From assembly GCA_950097015.1 (NCBI GenBank), contig CATNEN010000025.1:9300001-9364000 (forward strand): a stretch of DNA of 64,000 nt. The letters run 5' to 3'. The stretch's first letter is position 1; the number at the start of each line of letters is the position of its first letter. This DNA is from Macrostomum hystrix. Its lineage: Eukaryota > Animalia > Platyhelminthes. A program made the translations under genes and the position numbers. The notes beneath the pieces were generated by a model. It was not told the DNA's origin. It saw only the letters and a list, made by a program, of their open reading frames with translations, and did not search any database. Of this stretch, positions 23,401 to 33,333 are shown piece by piece.

Positions 23401-26063
23401 ACGGTGGACCAGCTCACATTTGATGAGGCTGCTAGGGCAGCCAGCTTCCTTCTGGGCAGTTTAGTCACTTTTCAAAGCGTTCAGTCCGTGATTGAGTTAA
23501 TGGATGCTAGTGAGTTGCTGATCATATTATTTTAAGCAATTCCAATGAAAAGTATTTACTTACTCCAACCCAATTTCCTGACTTCGAATCCAACAATGAA
23601 ACAAAACGGCTACAAAAAGCTGAGCACCTTGATTGGCTGACGAAGCAGCCTTTGTTGATTCTATTTTCAGACCTTTAAGTCCTGTGTCCCACGCTTAGAT
23701 TACCTGTCTACAACCCGTGTCATAGATTCCCGACTACACTGAAATAATTAGTCTTTCAACAAGACACTTAACTCTGCATTGCTTCAGCTCACCCAGCTGT
23801 TGAATGGGTTCCAGCATTAGACGGGTAATTGATGGTGACTAATGCGTTCTCCCCAGTCCATGGACTGGACTGCCTTACGCAGCGTTCAAATGCGCCGGTC
23901 AATAGCTGCGGCTGTGCCCCTTCCAAATCATTTAGTAGTGTTCATTGAAAAACAAATAATGAAAACATTTTAGAGCTCTTTAATTATCTATTCAATTCTT
24001 GGCTAGGTCAGGCGGGGAGGGCAAAAATTAATATTTGAAATGGCTGTAAAGCTCCTAGCTCTAAGGTTGAATACGAGCTAAAGCGTGATAAAATGGTATG
24101 GCTCTAGCTACTGCGTGGGTAGATTTCGACTGAAGCTTTTAATTTCGCTTTCACATAAACTGCACGGACTGTGGCACAATTTATATCCTAGGAGAGAGAC
24201 ACAGGCTTTCTCTCTATCACATCCATGTGTAATTACTCTTTGATGGGAACGGAGGCAATGCACATGGATGGTATAGTTCATCTAGTACGCAGTGTACAAC
24301 CCAAAGTAAGTTTAGTTGATCTAGGCTGCTCCTAGTGAATAAATGTAAATAATTTACTAGTGTGTATTGTGTTTAAAAATATATTTTATTTTAGTAAAGT
24401 GACACTTTCGATGTTGATTTTGCATAAATTTACTATTGGTGACGATAGGAAAAACTGCCTACGGTTTTACTATCAGTAAGCAGTAGAGATATTATAGTAC
24501 CTATTTCCAACTGCGATTGAGATATTTAATGTTTTTAACTAGTTTTTCTCGGCAAATTTCAGACCAAAAGCGAGAAGACCAGCTGCCTTGGATTGTGCCA
24601 CTAAATTTAGCTGTCGGCAAGTTTTGGACTGGCGCTTATAAAGAGGCCGGCGACAAACCCGAAGATCAGTGCAGATATATGGAACCCAGTGCCGATTGCA
24701 AGGAGTTGCGTTACCAACTGTCTCTGTGAGTATTAGTGGGGGTTGATGGCCGCTTTTAGTGCTTTGAATTGATTTTCGTTTTACTCTTATTAGTCCAAAA
24801 AATTTGCACAAAAAATTACTCCTTTTGGTGCAATGGTGAGAGACGGTAGACGGTAGAGAACAATATAGTTAGTATTTTCAGGCGGGCTATGGGCTATGGC
24901 ACATTATTTGGTGGCACTGGACCCGCAGCCAGCGAAGAGGCAATTCTGCCCATTTCGCTGACTCCTGAGCACACACGCACACAGATACTGAACGCGGGCA
25001 CACGCTCACACAGGTGTGTACTCTGACTTTGCCTTGGAGGTTGGCCCTAAATGGCGTAAATTGCACGGCAGGCCCCCAAGCCTTCTCTCCGCGGCTGCAC
25101 CCTAAGTTAATGTGGCCTCGCCGCGGAATCGAGCTCAGGGACCTTGGTGCGAGAGGCGAAAGTGTAAGACCGCTCTCACCCCCAGAAGACAGTTTAGGAT
25201 TATGCTGCCTCAAAAGCTTTTTAGTTTATTATAAATCCATTTTTTCTCAATTTTTCTTATTCTTCCTCTTCTCCATGGCCTCTTTTCATCCAAATATTAT
25301 TTTTTTATATTTTGTAATTGGTCTCATGAGTCAACTAAATATTTTTAGTGAATAAAATATGAATCAGAACCCTTTTGGCGTGCGGATATGTAACCAAAAG
25401 GTCCGAGGTTCGAATCTCAGGCTTGGGAAACCTATTTGTAAACTAGGTACTTTGCTCCCTACTTTGCCCCCACTTTAGTTGAATTTACGCAGCTTTAGAT
25501 GCGCCGCGCAATATCTGTACAGCTGTACATATGGCCCAAGAATGTTAGGCTCATTCGCTAGTACTTTACCGCCTTGGCTTTTCTTTCGCTAACACAGGTC
25601 GAACGTCAGTTTAACAGCCACCGAAGGCTGCGGTGTCGCCTTCCAGCTGGTGTCAGACAAACCAGTTTTCACCTGCGAGCCAATGTCGCACCGATTCCCG
25701 GCTCTAATTAGATTTGCCCAAATTCCTGACAACAATGGCGCCGACCTATTTGTTACCTGCTATTCTACCTGGCTAGCTAGAAACAATCCAATTACCTGCG
25801 GCATTGGCTGCATTATTGGCTGCGTGGTTTCCGGTCTGGCCATTGTTGGCCTCATCTGCGGCCTGACTGCCTGTTGCCGTCGGCGTTGGAAGCGCTATTA
25901 TTTTACCGGTGGCGGCAGACGAACAGGAAGCGCCGCAGATGTGAATTCGCCCGCTGTTAGGACCACTGCTGCAACTGAAACTGCTCAAGAGCTGCTGCAG
26001 CCAATGGCAACTGATTCAGAGGCCACCACAATACCCAAGTCAAAAGCTGCGACAGGTAACTGA
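20456..26063 (+). CDS. Receptor paralog 1: signal peptide, CUB-like domain, atypical C-type-lectin-like domain, TM, cytoplasmic tail (~439 aa)
   Basis: Exons 20456-20513, 20606-20682, 21870-22089, 23091-23172, 23256-23509, 24563-24725 and 25598-26063. All GT-AG with phases 1,0,1,2,1,2 giving an open frame. Motifs YAKNLHCRWVL and LTVEFQSD (CUB-like), GSCYLIT...TFDEAA and FWTG (CTLD-like), TM IIGCVVSGLAIVGLICGLTACC. Domain names are inferred from motifs. Confidence 0.85.
20713..21737. repeat. 31-bp minisatellite (CTGAAATCATGAACCATGGCTATTGGCTA[AG/CA]) in paralog-1 intron 2, with a 426-bp higher-order duplication
   Basis: The same 8-bp-deleted unit (GAAACGTGG) recurs at ~21057 and ~21483; 426 = 14x31 - 8. 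Confidence 0.95.
22113..23040. repeat. 30-bp minisatellite (CTAG[T/A]CTACCAGATCCTCAGATTGGGAATG) filling paralog-1 intron 3, ~31 units
   Basis: Read directly; lies between the donor at 22090 and the acceptor at 23090. Confidence 0.96.
23745..23915 (+). mobile_element. SINE family B fragment (CORE/Nin-like central domain)
   Basis: CAAGACACTTAACTC...CACCCAGCTG...GGGTAATTGA...CAGTCCATGGACT shared with the copies at 26320, 33455 and 49510. Confidence 0.6.
24888..25195 (-). mobile_element. tRNA-derived SINE family A
   Basis: tRNA-like head with B-box-like GAGCTCGATTCC, then GCAGCCGCGGAGAGAAGGCTTGGGGG and tail GGGCAGAATTGCCTC...GGCTGCGGGTC. Homologous to the copies at 29490, 32150 and 37540. Confidence 0.75.
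25375..25560 (+). mobile_element. tRNA-related SINE head fragment
   Basis: B-box GGTTCGAATC at ~25408; no complete cloverleaf. Confidence 0.35.
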
Positions 26064-26319
26064 TTTTGCCTGATTCAACTGGCGACGGCGTGAACCAAAG
26101 AATTTCTAGGGACTATGCGGTCTGATTGGCGCCTCACACAGTCCGCACTTGGTTTCGATATTCTATTCCTATTGCAAATCATGCGCTTACCTATCTGTAT
26201 TTTTATTCTAAACAGTTCAGCTTGTGGGCGTGTGTTTTAGTTACCTTTAAAGAGATCTTGGTGTATTAAAGATATTTATTTATTATGTCTGCTAGTGCGT
26301 CATTGACAGATGATCGGCA

Positions 26320-26460
26320 GAAGTCCCTGGAGCTACAGTTCAACCAGCTGTAAAAATGGCACAGGATTAGCTGGGGTAGAAATTTAGGTGGGTGTGCCCA
26401 GTCCACGGACTTAACAGCTGTAAATCAATGACTGAACAGTAGTAGTGCGCCGCCTTCAAA
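26320..26460 (+). mobile_element. SINE family B fragment
   Basis: CAGTTCAACCAGCTGTAAAAATGG...CCCAGTCCACGGACTTAACAGCTG matches the other B copies. Confidence 0.5.
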
Positions 26461-26573
26461 GCTACGTATGTTATATTTATTAGACAGTTGTGTCAGCTGT
26501 TACGGTAGAGTTTAACATTTTAGCATAATTGTATGAAAGCTGCTAGTTTTACCTGTTAGAGTTGGGTTATCAT

Positions 26574-27439
26574 CACCTGTTAGCACCTGTTAGACAGGAG
26601 TGCCACCTGTCAGCAACTGTTAGACAGGAGTGCCACCTGTCAGCACCTGTTAGACAGGAGTGCCACCTGTTAGACAGGAGTGCCACCTGTCAGCACCTGT
26701 TAGACAGGAGTGCCACCTGTTAGACAAGAGTGTCACCTGTTAGACAAGAGTGCCACCTGTTAGACAGGAGTGCCACCTGTTAGACAGGAGTGCCACCTGT
26801 TAGACAGGAGTGTCACCTGTTAGACAGGAGTGCCACCTGTCAGCACCTGTTAGACAGGAGTGCCACCTGTTAGACAAGAGTGTCACCTGTTAGACAAGAG
26901 TGCCACCTGTTAGACAGGAGTGCCACCTGTTAGACAGGAGTGCCACCTGTTAGACAGGAGTGCCACCTGTCAGCACCTGTTAGACAGGAGTGCCACCTGT
27001 TAGACAAGAGTGTCACCTGTTAGACAAGAGTGCCACCTGTTAGGCAGGAGTGCCACCTGTTAGACAGGAGTGCCACCTGTTAGACAGGAGTGCCACCTGT
27101 TAGACAGGAGTTTCACCTGTTAGACAGGAGTTTCACCTGTTAGACAGGAGTGTCACCTGTTAGACAGGAGTGTCACCTGTTAGACAGGAGTGCCACCTGT
27201 TAGACAGGAGTGCCACCTGTTAGACAGGAGTTTCACCTGTTAGACAGGAGTGCCACCTGTTAGACAGGAGTGTCACCTGTTAGACAGGAGTGTCACCTGT
27301 TAGACAAGAGTGTCACCTGTTAGACAGGAGTGTCACCTGTTAGACAGGAGTGCCACCTGTTAGACAAGAGTGTCACCTGTTAGACAGGAGTGTCACCTGT
27401 TAGACAGGAGTGCCACCTGTTAGACAGGAGTTTCACCTA
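26574..27439. repeat. 20-bp minisatellite (GTTAGACAGGAGTGCCACCT) with interspersed 10-bp GTCAGCACCT half-units, ~43 units
   Basis: Read directly. Confidence 0.96.
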
Positions 27440-28622
27440 TGTCGTGTTTGCCAATGGCGCCTATGCTAGCCTTGAGAAGACTTTTCAATCCTAGTTGATC
27501 AGTTAGTTTTGTTGCTTTTGCTTAGCTTTTACTATCTATAATTGGTGCATTATATTCATAACTACGCAAAACTATTCTCTAAAATAAGTGTTTTTCAGTC
27601 GTCAAAGGAAATAGCATTTACAAAAACAGCTCATGCCCTTAAGTCTAAGAGAATTAATTTGTTAAAAGTGGAACAATTTTTTGCCTTCTGTTAAAGTTGC
27701 AAAACCTTATAACATTTACGCAGCATTGAGAACAATTAAGCCATGCTATAAGCTACTGAAGCTACTGAAGCTACTGTAAGTACAGTGATCTCACAAAGCA
27801 TAGAAATCTTGCAAAAAAAGAATTAGTCTTGGACGCATTCTAACATTCTCTCATCACTAGAAAAGCTTTGCTTTTAGGTACTCAATTGCTTTCTCATCAT
27901 TAGCGTAGGTAATTTTGCTTTATCTGGCTTAGGCTACTGGTGAAGTGTAGGTTATAGATTTTATCAAAATTCAACTTTTGTTTTGGGCCTTGTTTCATAA
28001 TTATTGGCTCTTATTTTTTTACTTAAATCACTTCAATGCCATTGATTTTTGGTACTCTTGTACACATCTACACCATTTTACACTCCTGAGTAACACACTG
28101 TTGCAGAAAAGTTATATTTTTTCCATAGAATTCATCTACTTCTAGTAGTATACACGCATGCTATTTGAACTGAAATTCGTTTTTATCTTATGGTCTAAAA
28201 TTTTAGTGTTGATAATGTAAAACTCCCGCGCACAGATTTTTGGTGCTATAAAAATCCGATTCCTTTCTTTTTTGTTATTTGTCTTTTAAACACAGCTGCG
28301 AACAATTTGAGTTGTTCATTTATAAAACTGCAGCAATGTACAAGCTATTTGACCTATCTGTGTCTTGTGCATTGTTATTCTGCTATCTTACATAATCATG
28401 TATTCAACATTATTTATAATTATTACAGTATTTTGCCCTCTGTACACAAAATAACAAAATAGATGGCCTAATGCTTTGATTAAATAAAGCAATGTTAGAT
28501 TGTTCATTTATTTCTCTGATCATATGAAAGTATGAAAGGTAGTATGAATAAAAATAGTAGGAAAATCAAATAATTTATACTGCTTATTTACTGATTTCAG
28601 GTTTCCCATGCAAACTTGAACA

Positions 28623-31600
28623 ATGCCAGCGGTTTATATTTCAACAGTTTTTCTGCTGCTCATTAGTAAGTGCATAAGTATTCATAATTAGTACAGTAAT
28701 TGCTGCTATAGTTCATATCAAAAGCATGTCTCACTTACTTGGCAGGCCAAGTCTCATGCGAGGATCAGCACTGTGTGAACATGGCAACTAAAGAAATCGA
28801 CCTCGAACTTGGAGCTGACAACCCGCAGCGAGTAAATATAAAGAGCCTTATCTTATCCGCATTGTCTGTTATAATTGCAGCAGTGCAGTGGGCAATGGCA
28901 CATTAGTTTGGTGACACTAGACCCGCAGCGAGTAAATATAAAGAGCCTTATCTTATCCGCATTGTCTGTTATAATTGCAGCAGTGCAGTGGGCAATGGCA
29001 CATTAGTTTGGTGACACTAGACCCGCAGCGAGTAAATATAAAGAGCCTTATCTTATCCGCATTGTCTGTTATAATTGCAGCAGTGCAGTGGGCAATGGCA
29101 CATTAGTTTGGTGACACTAGACCCGCAGCGAGTAAATATAAAGAGCCTTATCTTATCCGCATTGTCTGTTATAATTGCAGCAGTGCAGTGATCAATGGCA
29201 CATTATTTTGGTGAGACTAGACCCGCAGCGAGTAAATATAAAGAGCCTTATCTTATCCGCACTGTCTGTTATAATTGCAGCAGTGCAGTGGGCTATGGCA
29301 CATTAGTTTGGTGACACTAGACCCGCAGCGAGTAAATATAAAGAGCCTTATCTTATCCGCATTGTCTGTTATAATTGCAGCAGTGCAGTGGGCAATGGCA
29401 CATTAGTTTGGTGACACTAGACCCGCAGCGAGTAAATATAAAGAGCCTTATCTTATCCGCATTGTCTGTTATAATTGCAGCAGTGCAGTGGGCAATGGCA
29501 CATTAGTTTGGTGACACTAGACCCGCAGCCACCGAGGAGGCAATTCTGCCCATTTCGCTGACTCCTGAAAACACGCACACAGATACTGTTTGCAGACTCA
29601 CACAGGTGTGTACATCTGCCCTGACTTTCTCATCGTCAGGCAGTGTACACTTTCACTGTGCCTTGGAGGCTGGCCCTCAAAGCTTTATATCGCTCAACAA
29701 GCCCCCCAAGCCTTCTCTCCGCGGCTGCGCCCCAAATTAATGTGGCCTCACCGCGGAATCAAGCTCAGAGACCTTGGTGCGAGAGGTTAGACCACTAGTG
29801 CGCGTTAGGCCGCTCTGCCACACCTGCCTGAGTCCTACTACTGTAGCAGTCCTTGGCGTATCAACAGCCACCAACTCACCCTGCTTCCAGATGATGCCCC
29901 TCTCGCCCAGCGTCACCACCACTTTGTGGCCCCTGTGCGAGCTTATTGTCCTTTGTTATTTGAAGCACAAACTTGGCTAGCTGATCGCTGTGATTTATTC
30001 AATAATTTCTATCCTCCCAAACCCGCCGCAGGTGTTGACCTATGCTGCAGGCGAGCCGTGCTATCAGAGGAACCTGCAGTGCAAGTGGATTCTGAAGGCG
30101 GCCAACTATGACCAGCCCAGACAGATGTACATTCAGGTGCCCGTGGTGGACTTTGACGCTAATAGTGCGACTCAGTGCAGCAGCTCAGATGCTGACGTGT
30201 TCACCATGACGCTAAAACTGAACGAGAGTGAGTATTTCAAGTTTTTTTACCTTAGTTAGGACAGTTTTATAAAACACACTTCTAATCATTTTTTCAGGCA
30301 AAACCCAAACTGAAAGCTGGTGCTCAGACAAGTCGGTGAAAATCAAACAGCAGATTGTCAATTTGTGGGACTCGTGAGTTGGATAACAATGAACTCTTTG
30401 CTACCTGCATACTGTCTAATTAGTTTTGTTATGGGATATTTGCTCACTTTGTCAAAGGTCGTTCAACCTGACTGTGGAATTCCGGTCCGACAATGAGCAA
30501 GTCCGCTCTGATGCCAAGGGATTGCAGATGGATGTGCAGGTGCTGGACAGAGATTATTGCCATAAGAGAATGCTGTATCTTAACGGCTCCTGCTACCTGG
30601 TCACTCCTGAGCAGCTGACGCTAGCCGATGCGTATCAAGTGTCTAGGAACTTCCTTGGCAATGTCTTCGTAGTGCCTGCAGACCAGGAAGTGACCAGATT
30701 TCTTAAACGCTTTTTTGAAAACAGTAAGTTGCTTTTTTCACAGGCTGTCACGTGAAGTAGTCCACCTGGCTAGCATTTGTTATCCTGCTTCGCTTGCAGA
30801 TTCTAAAAGAGCGAAAGATCTGCCCTTCGCCTCACCGCTGGCTCTGCTCGGTCGTAAGTTGTGGACCGGCTACTTACTCAGCCTCTCCGGTGTTGACCCA
30901 CCCGCGCCCGGCCCGGCTCAAAATTATTCTGTTGAATTCTTTAACGCCAAGCAGAACTGCAATGTTAGCCGGCGCCAAATTGATGTGTAATTGTTTTAGA
31001 CTGTCTGCAACTCTTAGCTCATTTGACTTAGCTGCAAGATGCCTCGATCCGTGCGGATGCAGTGAAGAAAAGGACCGCCCATTCCGCCCCTGGCAACCAG
31101 ATGCTCCTGAGGTACCGAAGCAAGCTCTCGGGTTCGCAAACTTCAAAAAAGCGTTGGTTTTGGCCCAAGATTGACTGGGTATTGGCAGATAAAGTGTTCC
31201 GCAATTTTTGCTGGTGGACTGGCAAATGGACACAGCTCCCCCTGCTACCTGGCTCTGGAGGAAGCGGTGAAGGTAGAAAAAGCTGTGCTTTGAAAGAGGC
31301 TTACTGACCGCTCTGAGGTCTCTGCGATTGGGCTTTAGAAGGGCCTGACTTACAAATGCTGTGCGAGGGAGTGGGGACCGCGGCCCTGGACTGCTGATAG
31401 TTCTGGGTGTTGCAACTGAGTTTCTATGTCAATTTCCTTCCACTGTCCTCACTCTCTACTCTATTCAGTTCGCTTGGATCGAGTTTGGCCTCGCAGTCTG
31501 GCGCTAATCAGTGCGGCCTAGCCCTCGAATGGAAGAGCAACGACACCTGGCTTCTCACCTGCGAATCAACTGACCTGAAACTGCCAGCTCTGATCCAGTT

Positions 31601-31862
31601 CAACCAGATTCCTGAAACCAAGGATGACCTGCACCCGCAGCTGTTCAGGACCTGCGAATACTTGCCTACGTCTAAGCTGAAGACATGGCAGACTCGCAGC
31701 TGCCAGCTTGGCTGCATTATCAGCATCGGGGCCGCGGTGTTGTCCATTGTGCTAGTTATTGTCATATTTTTTGTCCTAATCTGTCGGGCCTGCCGCAGAG
31801 AAGACTCACCCTGGCAGGAATTTGTCGTCGGCGCACCTGAAATGGAGCCTTTAAAGGCTTAA
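28623..31862 (+). CDS. Receptor paralog 2: signal peptide, CUB-like, atypical CTLD-like, TM (415 aa)
   Basis: Exons 28623-28665, 28746-28831, 30032-30227, 30298-30373, 30458-30723, 30800-30986 and 31469-31862. Same phases 1,0,1,2,1,2; total 1248 nt, open. TM IISIGAAVLSIVLVIVIFFVLIC. Confidence 0.87.
28821..29529. repeat. Exact 100-bp tandem repeat x7 containing the exon-2 splice donor of paralog 2
   Basis: ACCCGCAGC recurs at 28821, 28921 ... 29521. Each unit is exon end + GTAAAT donor + intron start + SINE-A tail. Confidence 0.97.
29490..29830 (-). mobile_element. tRNA-derived SINE family A
   Basis: High similarity to 24888-25195 (GAGGCAATTCTGCCCATTTCGCTGACTCCTGA; CCCCCAAGCCTTCTCTCCGCGGCTGC; GACCTTGGTGCGAGAGG). 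Confidence 0.8.
31000..31420 (+). mobile_element. Probable highly degenerate Gypsy reverse-transcriptase remnant in paralog-2 intron 6
   Basis: Across shifted frames the order AS..AVKK(D), LTGYWQI, GLAN/APPAT, CYL, KGLTYKC, LLIVLGVATE mirrors Gypsy RT motifs (WASP..VKKKDG, SGYWQ, GL.NAPATF, YLDD, AGL..KC, LGH.I...GV). Confidence 0.45.
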
Positions 31863-32149
31863 ACTCACTTGCTGGTTTCAGTTAGCTAAAAACTATTTTA
31901 AAAAGTCCTCACTTTCTTTGCTGTTCTAGTCTATGCTTTATCCCATAATTATCGACTGAGTTTTCCATTCACATTTTCCAAATGCATCACAGATTTTGTC
32001 TCTCTGCGTTACACAAGCTCCCAGCTTTTGCCTATCGCTTTTAACGTTTACAAACCACAGTTTATAACTGCTTGCTGGAATTTTTTAAATTAGATTTTTT
32101 GTTAACAGCTAAGCAGAATGATACTAATACTATCAGTATGACCTGACCA

Positions 32150-32305
32150 ATCTGCACACGCAGGCACACTTACACAGGGTTAAATAGTTACCAGCCTGTC
32201 CTTTTCCATCGTCAGACAGTGTACACTCTCACTCTACCTTGATGGTTGACAAGACACCAAACCCTTTTTCCGCGGCTGCGTCCCAACTAAATGTAGCGTC
32301 GACGT
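32150..32305 (-). mobile_element. Degenerate SINE family A fragment
   Basis: CATCGTCAGACAGTGTACACTCTCAC...CCGCGGCTGCGTCCCAA matches the internal SINE-A sequence. Confidence 0.55.
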
Positions 32306-33333
32306 AACAAGTCATCTGTTGAAGAAATTAAAAGAACTACGTTGCTGTCTTAAAAAACTATCCTAATTGCATGCAATGCAGAAGATGTTGGACTATTTAG
32401 ATCCCCATTTTACCTTTACAATATATGATTGTTTTTTTTTACAGCTTGTGATATGATTTTGTTAGTGTGCTAAAATGTTTTTTAACTCTTTTTAGTTTTC
32501 TACTTGGCAATTTTAAACAGCCCGTGCTGTTTTACACCTTCTTGTAAAATCTTGATATCTTATGAAACTTTGCTGAAATCCAAAAGCTGAAGGACCAAGC
32601 TATTAAAATTTAATTCTTATCAATCATTGTTTTTTATTCACCGACTTGACTTACCTGGGTGGGACATCGGTTCTGGACCATATTAGAAGTGGAGGTGTCT
32701 ATTTTATGCACCTGTTGTTTCTGCGGTTGAGTCCTATGAAAGGCAATATTTACTCGATTCTTAAACACCTTGTATGATTGTGGCTGTGTTTTAGCCATTT
32801 GCAGCTGCTTTAAGAATACTTTATTATTGCTTTTGTATGACAGTTCTTCGTGAGTCACGTTAATCATCTATCTATTTTTCTAACATAGGTATTGTACTTG
32901 ATTTTTTATTAACCTCATTTAACCTCATGGCGTCTTGTATCCAGCTATGTGCAATTTTCTAAGTAATTTTTGTGTATTCTAGTCATATTTATCTAAGTCA
33001 CTTTGATAAATGTGGGACTGTTTTATGTGGGACTTCATTTTATCTATTCAAAAAACATCTGAAAAACGTCCTTTTGCACAAACATCTTTGCAATCATTTG
33101 TATTGATGTTCATTTTTATCTGCTTATTTGTGAAAGTATAGTATATAAAGTATAGTTAATATGAGTACCAATACTGTTGCGTTTTATTGAGTGGATTTGC
33201 TTGTTGTTATTAAAAAAAATCGAAGTAGGCTTACTAGGAGCAATACAAGATGTACTTTTATGAGGCACAAACTTTTGCATCCTAACATCATAAATCTAAT
33301 TCTTTAACTCTGTTTCAGAACTGAAAGCTTAAC

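Noticed and set aside
20713-29529. Regularly spaced repeats resembling CRISPR arrays
   Set aside because: No unique spacers, no cas genes, and the context is eukaryotic introns.
31000-31400. Apparent extra lectin-like or alternative exon in paralog-2 intron 6 (SFDLAARC, WWTG, CDWALE)
   Set aside because: The nearest acceptor would need a 13-nt intron and other phases hit stops. The motif order fits a decayed Gypsy RT better.
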